DNA of 64,000 nucleotides from Entomortierella parvispora E1425 (lineage: Eukaryota > Fungi > Mortierellomycota). Numbering within the stretch: the stretch's first letter is position 1; each line of letters starts with the position of its first letter. The translations under genes and the position numbers were made by a program. The DNA is taken from positions 1,860,001 through 1,924,000 of the forward strand of contig BQFW01000008.1 in NCBI GenBank assembly GCA_020891255.1, given 5' to 3'. Of the stretch, positions 63,826-64,000 are shown piece by piece. The notes under the pieces were generated by a model. That model ran no database searches. It saw nothing but the letters and a program-made list of their open reading frames with translations, and was not told the DNA's origin.

Positions 63826-64000
63826 GAAGCAATGAAGCAATGAATAAGGGAACGAGAGAAAGAAGAGAGGGGAGGAGCCATGCTGGCGACCGAGGCATGG
63901 AGGGCAACTACTGAATAAAAAACGCGTGCGCGTCGCATAAAAAAGTCTTGCATCCCGCTATCCCGCAGTGCACCCTTAAGATGTGTCTTGACTTTTTTTT

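Noticed and set aside
1-64000. CRISPR arrays, tRNA or rRNA genes
   Set aside because: No repeat-spacer array or tRNA/rRNA signature noticed; a tRNAscan-SE/Infernal run would be needed to exclude small RNA genes

Overview
Intron-rich fungal genomic DNA. Gene content (chitin deacetylase, Sel1-repeat chitin-synthase activator), ~90-nt introns and style suggest an early-diverging fungus such as a Mortierellaceae species; this is inference. About 18 host genes are present: MFS transporter, SWD1/RBBP5, a WD40 protein, DDI1, SDA1, Chs4/Skt5-like, MRPS16, NAF1, a short TFC1-like gene, PDS5, a chitin deacetylase, Slm1-like, a HAD hydrolase, ALDH6A1-like, a YdfG/YMR226C-like SDR, a C2H2 zinc-finger protein and hypothetical proteins. 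The striking feature is two near-identical ~6-kb elements in inverted orientation (19371-25353 minus; 51200-57243 plus). The ORF track shows only fragments, but splicing three canonical introns joins them into one ~1496-aa protein. It has an N-terminal XPG/FEN1-family (PIN-fold, H3TH) nuclease with an apparently complete active site, fused to a C-terminal Fanzor/TnpB-type RuvC + zinc-finger domain. The element shows no recognisable transposase, no TIRs and no target-site duplication. It has a variable (TCC)n tract (31 vs 52 units) at its left end, and a 244-nt 3' non-coding tail at the position of a Fanzor omegaRNA that also carries intron-like signals. All exon structures and alignments were done by eye. 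No database searches were run, so novelty is unverified.
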